Shown here: piece after piece, positions 1-8,460 of the stretch | Layout of the letters: every line of letters starts with the position of its first letter | Position numbering within the stretch: the stretch's first letter is position 1 | Source of the DNA: Bacteroidota bacterium | Lineage (GTDB): Bacteria > Bacteroidota > Bacteroidia > AKYH767-A > JAHEYN01 | DNA: 64,000 nt | NCBI GenBank assembly: GCA_023251555.1 | Contig: JAHEYN010000011.1 | Coordinates: 1,503-65,502 of the forward strand | Reading direction: 5' to 3' | Made by a program: the position numbers and the translations under genes | The notes under the pieces: model-generated | What the model was told of the DNA's origin: nothing | The model's database searches: none | Seen by the model: the letters and a program-made list of their open reading frames with translations, nothing else

Positions 1-1915
1 GGTCATAGTAGGAGTATTTTTTTATCTTTCCCCTGCTGTACTCTACCTCCCCGGTGAGGACGCCTTCTTCCGAATAAAATTTAAACACTCCTTCGCTATT
101 CCCGTTTACATAATTTCCTTCCGATTCCACCTGCCCGGTTTCGTAATATTCTTTGTAATACCCGTTTTCCCTTCCGCCTTTGTAAGAAAGTGTTTTGTTT
201 ATTTTTCCGGAATCAAAATACCATTTCCATTCTCCTTCGGCAGCCCCGTCCTTAAGCATTCCCTCAGATTTTAATTTTCCGTTATAGTTATTAAAGCTGC
301 GGTACATGCCGGAAGTCTTATCATCGGTGTAAGTGGTTTCGTATTCGGGGTGCCCGCTGGAGAAGAAACTGAGTACTTTCCCGCTTACCTTATTGTTATC
401 AAAGGAGTAGTCGCTTTGTTTAACGCCGTTATCATGGAAGAAAAGAGCAGGGCCGCTTCTTGCTCCTGCAGCATACTCCATTTTCCCGGAAGGCGCACCC
501 GAAGCGGAGAAGGTCTCAAGCCGGCCTTCGAGATTTCCTTTGAGGTAGGTGCCTTTGTTCTGAATCTGCCCGTTCGCGTAATAGGATTCGTACAGTCCGT
601 TAAGTTCCCCGCCGGAATCGTAAGTTTCAATGGTTTTAATCCCTCCGTCAGGATAATAGAATCTCCACGTGCCTTCTGCAATGCCGGATTCATTGTAGGT
701 TCCTTCGCTTTTTTTGTAACCGCCAGGATGAAAAAATATCCAGGCGCCCTTTTTAAACTTTGTTTTTTCATCATATTCTCCATATGCATTCAGGGCGCCG
801 CCATCGTAATAGAAATGAGAGACAATCTTTTCTTTCCCGTTTATAATTTCCGGTTTCATTGCCCGGTAATTGCCTAAGTATTCTCCCGCCCATGCTATCA
901 TTTTGCTGATATCAGGCTGGCTGCCTTTAATACGTTTCTTCACTATATCATTGTTCATGCATGTGAAGATGTCATAGATGAAGGGGACGAAATAACCGCG
1001 TTTCCACAGTTCGGAATAAAAGGAAGCATAATACTGGTTCCAGAAACCTTTGTCGTCCGGGTTAAAGTTCAGCTTCTCAAGCAGCACCTGCACCTGTTTG
1101 ATGAGATCGGTGTACGGGAGTTTTGCTTTGGTTTTATATTTATCGTTGATGGCGGCTTTTGACCTGATGAGCTGGTCAAGCTCGTCAAAATTATCACCGG
1201 CCGGACTGATATTCATGACAGAGTCAGGGTTCACTTTACTTTCTCCTTTCACAAGAGCTTCCAGTGCAATAAGCACATTCAGCGCACGCTGGGTGTTGTT
1301 TTCAATGAGAAGGAAAGTCTGGTAGGAAAGCATGGCGGCAGCAGTTTTATTGTTCCTTGCGGCGATGTTGCCGAGCTGCAGGTGGGTCCCCGCATGGAAA
1401 GGGTTCATGCGGGCAGACTGCTCGAGGCAGCGCACAGCGGCAGTGTCGTTTTTAGCCCTGCCATAAGTAACCCCCGTTTCGAACCAGTATTTGAAGTAAT
1501 GAGGGAACTTTTCCATGCCGAGCCGGTATGCCATTACAGATGAATCCGGCTTCCCGGCTTCGTCGTAGGCTGTCCCGATATCTTCATAATAATTGATATC
1601 ATACCTGGAATGAAGCGTGAGGCCGCTCCGTGCGGCTGCAATGGCTTTTTCATATTGCTTGTCGGCTATGTATGAGATGGAAAGTTCGTGCAGCAGCCAT
1701 GCATAGTTACTGTCGTTACGGGATACACTGAGGTATTTCTCTATGGCTTCTTTGTATTTTTCATTGTCATAGAGATCAATGCCTTCCTTTATTACATCCC
1801 CGGAAACGATAAACGGTATCGGGGAATGGACCTGCTGTGTGAATCCTTTTGCAAGAGAAAGGAGAAGAAATAAAAGGACAAGGAATTTTGCCCGGGCAGA
1901 ACAGTTGAGTTTCAT
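1..1915 (-). CDS. Secreted TPR + MORN-variant (YwqK-like) repeat protein; the 3' end runs off the window
   Basis: Own translation of the minus strand from ATG at 1915-1913 gives MKLNCSARAKFLVLLFLLLSLAKGFTQ (signal peptide). A TPR-like half follows, then repeated motifs EGTWRFYYPDGG / NGLYESYYANGQ / EGEWKWYFDSGK / NGYYKEYYETGQ. The frame stays open to position 2, so it is absent from the ORF track. Confidence 0.6.
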   Translation of the reverse strand, partial: MKLNCSARAKFLVLLFLLLSLAKGFTQQVHSPIPFIVSGDVIKEGIDLYDNEKYKEAIEKYLSVSRNDSNYAWLLHELSISYIADKQYEKAIAAARSGLTLHSRYDINYYEDIGTAYDEAGKPDSSVMAYRLGMEKFPHYFKYWFETGVTYGRAKNDTAAVRCLEQSARMNPFHAGTHLQLGNIAARNNKTAAAMLSYQTFLLIENNTQRALNVLIALEALVKGESKVNPDSVMNISPAGDNFDELDQLIRSKAAINDKYKTKAKLPYTDLIKQVQVLLEKLNFNPDDKGFWNQYYASFYSELWKRGYFVPFIYDIFTCMNNDIVKKRIKGSQPDISKMIAWAGEYLGNYRAMKPEIINGKEKIVSHFYYDGGALNAYGEYDEKTKFKKGAWIFFHPGGYKKSEGTYNESGIAEGTWRFYYPDGGIKTIETYDSGGELNGLYESYYANGQIQNKGTYLKGNLEGRLETFSASGAPSGKMEYAAGARSGPALFFHDNGVKQSDYSFDNNKVSGKVLSFFSSGHPEYETTYTDDKTSGMYRSFNNYNGKLKSEGMLKDGAAEGEWKWYFDSGKINKTLSYKGGRENGYYKEYYETGQVESEGNYVNGNSEGVFKFYSEEGVLTGEVEYSRGKIKKYSYYD

Positions 1916-1978
1916 GGTAAAGGATTTTAAATGAACAATACAAAAGCCAAGGTAATGATATTAGGGAAATTAATTATT

Positions 1979-1986
1979 TAATTTTG
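1979..1986 (+). promoter_or_regulatory. Candidate Bacteroidota -7 promoter box (TAATTTTG)
   Basis: Matches TAnnTTTG, 15 nt upstream of ATG 2001. Confidence 0.35.
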
Positions 1987-2000
1987 TACTGACTGATTTT

Positions 2001-3410
2001 ATGAAAATGAAGCGGATTGCAATCATCCTTATTGTTTTCTTCGCATGCACCGGCTGGCTTGTTGCCTCCGGCAAAGGCGGCCATCATATAAGGATAAAAA
2101 TAAAGGGACTGAGAGATACAATCTGTTACCTCGGGTGTTATTACGGCGACAAGCAATACCTGAGAGATTCCGCAAGGGTTGATTCGAAAGGCAGCTTTGA
2201 TTTTAAAGGAGATGAGCCCCTGCCCGGCGGGATTTACCTTGTTGTTCTTCCGGGCAGGAAATATTTTGAAATCCTCATTGATAATGAGCAGCATTTCTCC
2301 ATTGAAACCGATACCTCGGAATATTTCGGGCACATGAAGGTCAGAAACTCCGATGATATAAAGCTGTTTGCCTCTTACCAGTTCTTCGTTTCAGAGAAAA
2401 GCAGGGAGGCAGACATTCTCCACAAATCTCTTAAAGAGGCTAAGACAAAGGCTGATTCGGATCTTGTGAGGGTAAAGATGAGCGAAACAGATAAAGAAGT
2501 AAATGCATACAGGAATAAATTTGCCGGAGAATACCCTGGATCTTTTCTTACAAAAATTTTCAGGGCAATGCCCGACCCGGAAATTCCGGCACCCCCGCTG
2601 CTTCCTGACGGAAATCCTGATTCTTCCTTCAGGTTTCATTATTTCAAAACACACTATTTTGACAATATTGATTTTTCGGACGACAGGCTGCTCCGGACCC
2701 CCATTCTTCATAAAAAGCTGAAAAACTATTTTACAAACCTCATTGTTCCTGTTCCGGATTCGGTATGCATGGAGGCCGACAGCCTTGTGGCAAGGGCAAG
2801 AGCAAACAGGGAGGTCTTTAAATTTGTGGTATGGTACATCACCAATACTTATGAACATTCAAATGTGATGGGAATGGACGCTGTTTTTGTTCACATGGCA
2901 AAAAAATATTACATGGCAGAAGGAGAAATCCTTGCAGATTCCGTGGCTCTGTATAAGATATCGCACAGGGCAAAGGTGCTGGAACCCCTTCTTATCGGTA
3001 AGATTGCGCCGGACCTTACAATGACCGACTCTTCAGGGATAAAACATTCCCTGCTTGCTGCAAAAGCGAAATATACCATTTTATGCTTCTGGGACCCCGA
3101 TTGCGGGCATTGCCAGAAAATCATTCCCAAGCTCGACAGCCTTTACCGTGAAATAAAAGCAAACGGTGTTGAGGTTTTTGCAGTGTGCACCGAAGCCGAA
3201 ACGGAGAAATGGAAAAAATATATCAGGGAGCATAATCTCGGGTGGATAAATGTTTCAGACCCTTCATTCAGTACGAATTTCAGAGGTGTTTATGATATCA
3301 GCAGCACTCCTGTGTTTTACCTGCTTGATGAGAAAAAGGAAATTATCGCGAAGAAAATAAGTGTTGAGCAGATAGGAGAGATGCTGGGGAAAACATTCAA
3401 AAGGAAATAG
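2001..3410 (+). CDS. Thioredoxin-fold thiol:disulfide oxidoreductase (TlpA/ResA-like) with a long N-terminal domain
   Basis: Signal peptide. The C-terminal thioredoxin-like region carries CFWDPDCGHCQK (CxxC). Confidence 0.75.
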   Translation: MKMKRIAIILIVFFACTGWLVASGKGGHHIRIKIKGLRDTICYLGCYYGDKQYLRDSARVDSKGSFDFKGDEPLPGGIYLVVLPGRKYFEILIDNEQHFSIETDTSEYFGHMKVRNSDDIKLFASYQFFVSEKSREADILHKSLKEAKTKADSDLVRVKMSETDKEVNAYRNKFAGEYPGSFLTKIFRAMPDPEIPAPPLLPDGNPDSSFRFHYFKTHYFDNIDFSDDRLLRTPILHKKLKNYFTNLIVPVPDSVCMEADSLVARARANREVFKFVVWYITNTYEHSNVMGMDAVFVHMAKKYYMAEGEILADSVALYKISHRAKVLEPLLIGKIAPDLTMTDSSGIKHSLLAAKAKYTILCFWDPDCGHCQKIIPKLDSLYREIKANGVEVFAVCTEAETEKWKKYIREHNLGWINVSDPSFSTNFRGVYDISSTPVFYLLDEKKEIIAKKISVEQIGEMLGKTFKRK

Positions 3411-3413
3411 CCG

Positions 3414-3441
3414 TGCAGGTATGAGCTGCATTCATTTTTTT
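3414..3441 (+). terminator. Candidate intrinsic terminator between convergent genes
   Basis: TGCAG-GTATGAG-CTGCA hairpin followed by TTCATTTTTTT. The stem is short, so this is weak. Confidence 0.3.
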
Positions 3442-4376
3442 CCGCAGTTTTTATCAATGAGTGATTCCACTTCGTTTCCGTATGTTTCACTGAATCCCAG
3501 TTGCCTGGCTTTTTCCAGTTCCCCGCATGCTTTTTCTTTGTTTCCCTCCCCGAGGTAAATAAGTGCCCTGTTGCGGCGGGCATAGGAATTTTTCGGATCA
3601 AGCTTAATGGAAAGATTGATGTCTTTCAGCCCGCCCTTTGTATCATTAAGTTTATACTTTGCAAACCCCCTGTTGTTCAGGGCATAAGCATCTCTCGGGT
3701 TTATTTTCAGCGCCCGGTCAAAATTCTGAACTGAAAGACTGTACTCTCCCTTGTTGAGATAAAGGAATCCGATGTTGGTGTATGAGTATGAAATGCCCGA
3801 ATCCAGTGATAACACTTTTTGCATGTAACGGAGGGCATCATCCGGTTTGCCTGTTTCATCAAGCGCCCGGGCAAGGTTATTGAGTGCTGTAATGTTGTTT
3901 GAATCGCTGCTGAGTACAAGCCTGCAATCCTCGATTGCTCCCTGGAAATTACGCAGGGCAAGCTTGGCGGCCGAACGGTTGCAGTAGCAGCTTTTCTTCA
4001 GGGAGTCTTCCCGGAGGTACTTCAGGGCAATGTTGTAATCGTTGAGTGCGCTGTATATGTTACCGGAATTGTAGTGCATCAGAGCCCTGTCAAGGTATGC
4101 TTTCCCGTTTTCGGGATTAAGGCTTATGGCCTTGTTCAGGTCGGAATAGACATCGCTGTAATGACGAAGCTCCCTGTTGCATACTGAACGCAGGTAGTAA
4201 TACTCGTCATTTTTCCGGTCTATCTCTATAGCCTTTGAAACCAGCTTCAGGGCTTCAGCATATTTTTCCTGCCCTGATTTTTCTTTGGCACGCAGGTAAA
4301 GATCTCCAGCCGATTCCTGGGAGAATGCCGTATAAAAACAGCAGAGAAGAAATGGTATAAAACAGAATTGCTTCAT
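3432..4376 (-). CDS. TPR-repeat protein, secreted
   Basis: Signal peptide MKQFCFIPFLLCCFYTAFSQ, then a series of 34-aa A/Y/L-patterned TPR units (YYLRSV..., AYLDRAL..., ALNNLAR..., AYALNNRG...). Confidence 0.75.
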   Translation of the reverse strand: MKQFCFIPFLLCCFYTAFSQESAGDLYLRAKEKSGQEKYAEALKLVSKAIEIDRKNDEYYYLRSVCNRELRHYSDVYSDLNKAISLNPENGKAYLDRALMHYNSGNIYSALNDYNIALKYLREDSLKKSCYCNRSAAKLALRNFQGAIEDCRLVLSSDSNNITALNNLARALDETGKPDDALRYMQKVLSLDSGISYSYTNIGFLYLNKGEYSLSVQNFDRALKINPRDAYALNNRGFAKYKLNDTKGGLKDINLSIKLDPKNSYARRNRALIYLGEGNKEKACGELEKARQLGFSETYGNEVESLIDKNCGKK

Positions 4377-4414
4377 GCTAAAACAGTGAAGTGTAAAATT
4401 AATAAAAAACCCGG

Positions 4415-5314
4415 TTATGCCCTCGGATGGTGCTGCAGTATGGCAGAGCGCAGGTAGTCGCGGTCAAGATGTGTATAGATTTCGGTAGTGGTTATGGACT
4501 CATGCCCGAGCATTTCCTGCACCGCGCGGAGATCTGCACCCCCCTCCACGAGATGGGTGGCAAAGGAATGCCTGAAAGTATGCGGACTGATTTTCTTTTT
4601 TACGCCTGCTTTGGCTGTAAGCCCTTTGATGATAAGGAAAACCATGACCCTGCTTAGCATGGCCCCCCTGCGGTTCAGGAAAAGAAAATCTTCGTAGCCA
4701 GGTTTGATATTTACATGCGGCCGTATTTTTTTCAGGTAGGTGTTAAGATGTTTAATGGCCACGCTTCCTATCGGCACCAGCCGTTCCTTGGCTCCTTTCC
4801 CCATTACTTTTACAAATCCTATGTCCATGTAGGTGTTGGATATCTTCAGGCTTACCAATTCCGAAACACGAAGCCCCGAACTGTACAAGGTTTCAAGCAT
4901 GGCCCGGTTCCTTTCTCCTTCCGGAGTGCTGAGATCAATGGTTTCAAGGATTTTATTTATTTCAGCTACGGAAAGCACAGAGGGCAGCTTGCGGCCGGTC
5001 CTGGGGCTTTCAAGGAGATAAGCCGGGTTCCTGTCTATAAGGTTTTCAAGAAGAAGGTACTTGTAAAATGCCTTGATACCCGAAATCATCCTCGACTGGG
5101 AAGTGGCGCTCATGCCCAGCTTGTTGACCCACTTTATGAATTCTTTGAGGTGCTTCACCTCAACCTGGTTTGGGGCGAGCTTGTAGCCGGAATGTTCAAA
5201 AAACTCCGTGAGTTTCCTGATGTCACGCTGGTAAGCTTCTACGGAGTTTGACGAAAGAGATCGTTCCAGCTGGAGATAGGACTTAAATCCGGAGAGGTAG
5301 ATGTTCCAGTTCAT
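4415..5314 (-). CDS. xerD: Tyrosine site-specific recombinase XerD (housekeeping type)
   Basis: Has HTFRHSFATHLVEGGADLRAVQEMLGHESITTTEIYTH with the catalytic R..H..R..Y pattern. Divergent from aroQ, as is usual in Bacteroidota. Confidence 0.85.
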   Translation of the reverse strand: MNWNIYLSGFKSYLQLERSLSSNSVEAYQRDIRKLTEFFEHSGYKLAPNQVEVKHLKEFIKWVNKLGMSATSQSRMISGIKAFYKYLLLENLIDRNPAYLLESPRTGRKLPSVLSVAEINKILETIDLSTPEGERNRAMLETLYSSGLRVSELVSLKISNTYMDIGFVKVMGKGAKERLVPIGSVAIKHLNTYLKKIRPHVNIKPGYEDFLFLNRRGAMLSRVMVFLIIKGLTAKAGVKKKISPHTFRHSFATHLVEGGADLRAVQEMLGHESITTTEIYTHLDRDYLRSAILQHHPRA

Positions 5315-5361
5315 TCATCGCAATTTTACTACTTTTATCCCATACAACCCGCAGCGGTACC

Positions 5362-5802
5362 ATGAAAATCCTGATTATCAACGGTCCTAACCTTAATCTT
5401 CTGGGAAGCAGGGAGCCTTCCCTGTACGGCAGCAGCACTTTTGAAGAATATCTCGCAGTGCTTGGAAAGAGATATCCCCGGATTTCGATAGAATATTTTC
5501 AGAGCAATGTGGAGGGCGATCTTATCAACAAGCTGCATGAAAAAGGTTTTTCCTTCGACGGGATCATTCTTAATGCAGGAGGCTACACGCATACCTCCGT
5601 TGCCATAAGAGATGCTGTCGCCGCCATTAAAACGCCGGTAGTGGAAGTTCATGTCTCGAATGTATATGCAAGGGAGGAATACCGCCACATTTCACTGATG
5701 GCCGGAAAGTGCAGGGGTGTTATAACCGGCTTCGGGCTTGACTCCTACCGCCTTGCAGTGGAAAGTTTTATGGGAGATACCAATTGCGCGGATTCCCGGT
5801 AG
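5362..5802 (+). CDS. aroQ: Type II 3-dehydroquinate dehydratase
   Basis: MKILIINGPNLNLLGSREPSLYG ... GIILNAGGYTHTSVAIRDA is diagnostic for AroQ. Confidence 0.92.
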   Translation: MKILIINGPNLNLLGSREPSLYGSSTFEEYLAVLGKRYPRISIEYFQSNVEGDLINKLHEKGFSFDGIILNAGGYTHTSVAIRDAVAAIKTPVVEVHVSNVYAREEYRHISLMAGKCRGVITGFGLDSYRLAVESFMGDTNCADSR

Positions 5803-5813
5803 AGGCAACGCCG

Positions 5814-5885
5814 TAATCCGCCTTCGCGTTCCGCCACGGCGGACAAGAAGGTCAGGGGCTTGCCCCGGGGTTAATACCAATTTAC
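5814..5885 (+). repeat. Intergenic structured repeat, copy 1
   Basis: TAATCCGCCTTCGCGTTCCGCCACGGCGGACAAGAAGGTCAGGGGCTTGCCCCGGGGTTAATACCAATTTAC. Near-identical to the copy at 11797-11869. Confidence 0.85.
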
Positions 5886-5915
5886 TCTGCTCTTTTATAA
5901 ATTGTTTAAGTAAAG

Positions 5916-7787
5916 TCATTTCAAAAGCACCATCCTCTTTGTTTCCCTATAATCTCCTGCCGTCATAGTATAAAAGTAAATACCATGAGAAAGGTTACTT
6001 GCATCAAAGGTAATTTTGTAACTGCCTGCTTCCTGATTTGTATTGACAAGCGTAGCTACTTTTTGACCGAAAGGACTATATACTTCTACTTTCACTTGGC
6101 CTGCTTCTTTTATAGAGTAATTTATATCAGTGAAATCGCTGAAAGGACTAGGAAGCGTAGATAAACTATTTTGAACTATAATATTACTTTGTTTATTTAT
6201 TGTACCATTTTTTGTTGTAGTATTATTTTTTGAATTGTTCCCGGTGCCGTATGCCATTTTTAAACTTGTAACATCACATGGGGCAATGAATGCATGAAAA
6301 TTACAGCCGCTTGTAGAGAAGCCATCTCCTAAAGTAATGGTATTACCTGCACGAAATACTACTGCCGTATTATTCTGACTGCAATCTATATTTACATTAC
6401 TGGCTGTGATATTATTCACTGCCTGATAGGTTATAGTAGGTGTTCTAATAGTAGTATTTTGTAAAACAAGATCATAATCCATTACCGGACCACCTTCATT
6501 TATTCTTCTTAAGAACCAGTAAAATAAACTTGCTGTTGCTCGTATAGAAAAATTAACCATTTCACCTCCCCATGCATCTAAATAAGAATTTGGAAAATGA
6601 TTTCCATCACTATCGGAAGTATTAGGAGAATTTAAGTTAGAATGATTCCACATATTAATATATTCAATTGCTAAATCAGCATTCATATTACATGTACATG
6701 AATTGCCGCTATCATAACCTGAAGTAAACTCTCCATTTGAAGTAAAGGAATCAGCATCGTCAAATCCACTGGGAAAATGAACACTTACTTGATTCATGGT
6801 ATAAAAAATATATCTTACAACAACTTCATCTTTTTCACAATAATTATCACCTTGCAATATACTTCCAGAGGTTGTAGTGTAATTATAATTTTGTGCTGGA
6901 TAGCTCGTTTGTTGTTCATTGCATGTAAAACGGCTATGATCTCTTACCCCACCCATGTGTTGTTCGTAAGCGTCTGGTTGACCTATATCGCAAGGATGCG
7001 TATCAACATGTACATGTGCCGGAACACTCATATCTCCAAGTAAATGGGCTACTCTGCCAAGAATCTGATAGCCATATTTATGGGCAGCGTTAAGATTTAT
7101 AAATTTTTCAATGGGTTCAGGCAGTACACTTTCTGTACCATCATAAGAAAACCCACTATAAATATAGCAATGACCAGTTTTGAAGAATTCTATTAATGAA
7201 GTGTAAGATATTTTAACTGCGGCTATATTGGAGGTTACTCCAAAATCACTAGTTAAACCAACATCGAAATTTGCAAAAGTAATTTTTTCTGTTCCAAAAA
7301 GATAAGCTCTTGCCTTTGTCCATGCATTTTGTGCATTGGCTTTAATTACAGTATTACCAACGCTTATGTTATGGGTTTCATCATCTCCATTATCAGCTTT
7401 CCAAAAATGAGTTATAGATGGAGTTACATCATTTCCTCCTAAAGTTATTACTGTCCCTATTGTTCCCCCATAACCGTAATACCATATTGGATCATCTATA
7501 TCTTCTCTATATGCACCCAAAGCAACATATTTGCCTTCACTATCATCCCATGGATGATGATTACTGCCATGACCGGTATACAATGTCCCATCACTGTAAA
7601 AAATTTGATTTTTCAAATTTGCTAAATCCTGGATATTAATAGCATGTAAAGAACCTGCATTAGCTTCAAGGAATTTAACCCCTTCACCCACTAAATATTG
7701 ATGCACCCACTCCCGATGTGCGGATGTTTTTGTAATGGGAAAAATTATCATTCCAAATATCAAAAAAATAATAGTATTTTTTTTCAT
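5916..7787 (-). CDS. Zinc phospholipase C-like secreted protein with a T9SS (type A) C-terminal sorting domain
   Basis: The signal peptide is followed by HREWVHQ. The motif AHLLGDMSVPAHVHVD resembles the H..GD...P.H zinc motif of bacterial PLC/alpha-toxin. The C-terminus ...VKVEVYSPFGQKVATLV...GIYFYTMTAGDYRETKRMVLLK is a typical Por secretion tail. Confidence 0.6.
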   Translation of the reverse strand: MKKNTIIFLIFGMIIFPITKTSAHREWVHQYLVGEGVKFLEANAGSLHAINIQDLANLKNQIFYSDGTLYTGHGSNHHPWDDSEGKYVALGAYREDIDDPIWYYGYGGTIGTVITLGGNDVTPSITHFWKADNGDDETHNISVGNTVIKANAQNAWTKARAYLFGTEKITFANFDVGLTSDFGVTSNIAAVKISYTSLIEFFKTGHCYIYSGFSYDGTESVLPEPIEKFINLNAAHKYGYQILGRVAHLLGDMSVPAHVHVDTHPCDIGQPDAYEQHMGGVRDHSRFTCNEQQTSYPAQNYNYTTTSGSILQGDNYCEKDEVVVRYIFYTMNQVSVHFPSGFDDADSFTSNGEFTSGYDSGNSCTCNMNADLAIEYINMWNHSNLNSPNTSDSDGNHFPNSYLDAWGGEMVNFSIRATASLFYWFLRRINEGGPVMDYDLVLQNTTIRTPTITYQAVNNITASNVNIDCSQNNTAVVFRAGNTITLGDGFSTSGCNFHAFIAPCDVTSLKMAYGTGNNSKNNTTTKNGTINKQSNIIVQNSLSTLPSPFSDFTDINYSIKEAGQVKVEVYSPFGQKVATLVNTNQEAGSYKITFDASNLSHGIYFYTMTAGDYRETKRMVLLK

Positions 7788-8338
7788 TGTTTCTGTTGTT
7801 GTTTTAATAAATTAAAATTATAACCAATACCTATGTCAGCATATTCAGCTATTCCCCCCGAATCATTAATTCCTCCAAATTGACCACCTATTCCTACACG
7901 TGCATGAAAATTTATTCTATTCCTCGTCATAATGCCAATTGTTGGAAATATATAACTAACATCTTCATAGAGTTTCGGGGTATTTCTGTAGCGATACAAG
8001 TAAATGATACTGAAGACAATTGGTATTTTAGTAAAATGTACATTTATGTCTAAGTTATAATATTGAAGCTGATCCAAAACTCCCCCATAATCCGAATTAT
8101 TATCTACTGCAAAAGATAATTCCGCAGATATATTTTTATTAAATTGATACCTCGTACCCATTGAAAATGCAAGCTGCGTAAGCCCCACAAAAATGTTATA
8201 CCTATACAATGGAGGATCTAACCAATTTTCTTTTTTTGCATTCGAACTTTTACTATAATCAATCACACCTGTATTTTGAGCATAGCTATACACCATAGTA
8301 TAAATAAGAAATGTGATAATTAAAATTATTTTTAACAT
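7784..8338 (-). CDS. Small predicted outer-membrane beta-barrel protein, a distant member of the island-2 barrel family
   Basis: I prefer the internal ATG, which gives the signal peptide MLKIILIITFLIYTMVYSYAQ. It has alternating-hydrophobic strands, and FSMGTRYQFNKNISAELS resembles FTFGYERIINKNISINLL of ORF 54786-55517. Its stop overlaps the start of the PLC-like gene by 4 nt. Confidence 0.5.
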   Translation of the reverse strand: MLKIILIITFLIYTMVYSYAQNTGVIDYSKSSNAKKENWLDPPLYRYNIFVGLTQLAFSMGTRYQFNKNISAELSFAVDNNSDYGGVLDQLQYYNLDINVHFTKIPIVFSIIYLYRYRNTPKLYEDVSYIFPTIGIMTRNRINFHARVGIGGQFGGINDSGGIAEYADIGIGYNFNLLKQQQKQ

Positions 8339-8460
8339 TATATTTTTTACCGATACAGAGTCGGGCGGCTGTGCCATTACCACAAATGGAATGAATAATA
8401 ATAAACAAGAACACTTTGAAATGCTTTTAGACAATATCATGATAAACATTACAATATTTT

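Noticed and set aside
4415-5314. XerD as the integrase responsible for island 1
   Set aside because: It is a full XerD-type housekeeping recombinase in the usual divergent xerD/aroQ arrangement. It lies outside the repeat-bounded block and has backbone composition.
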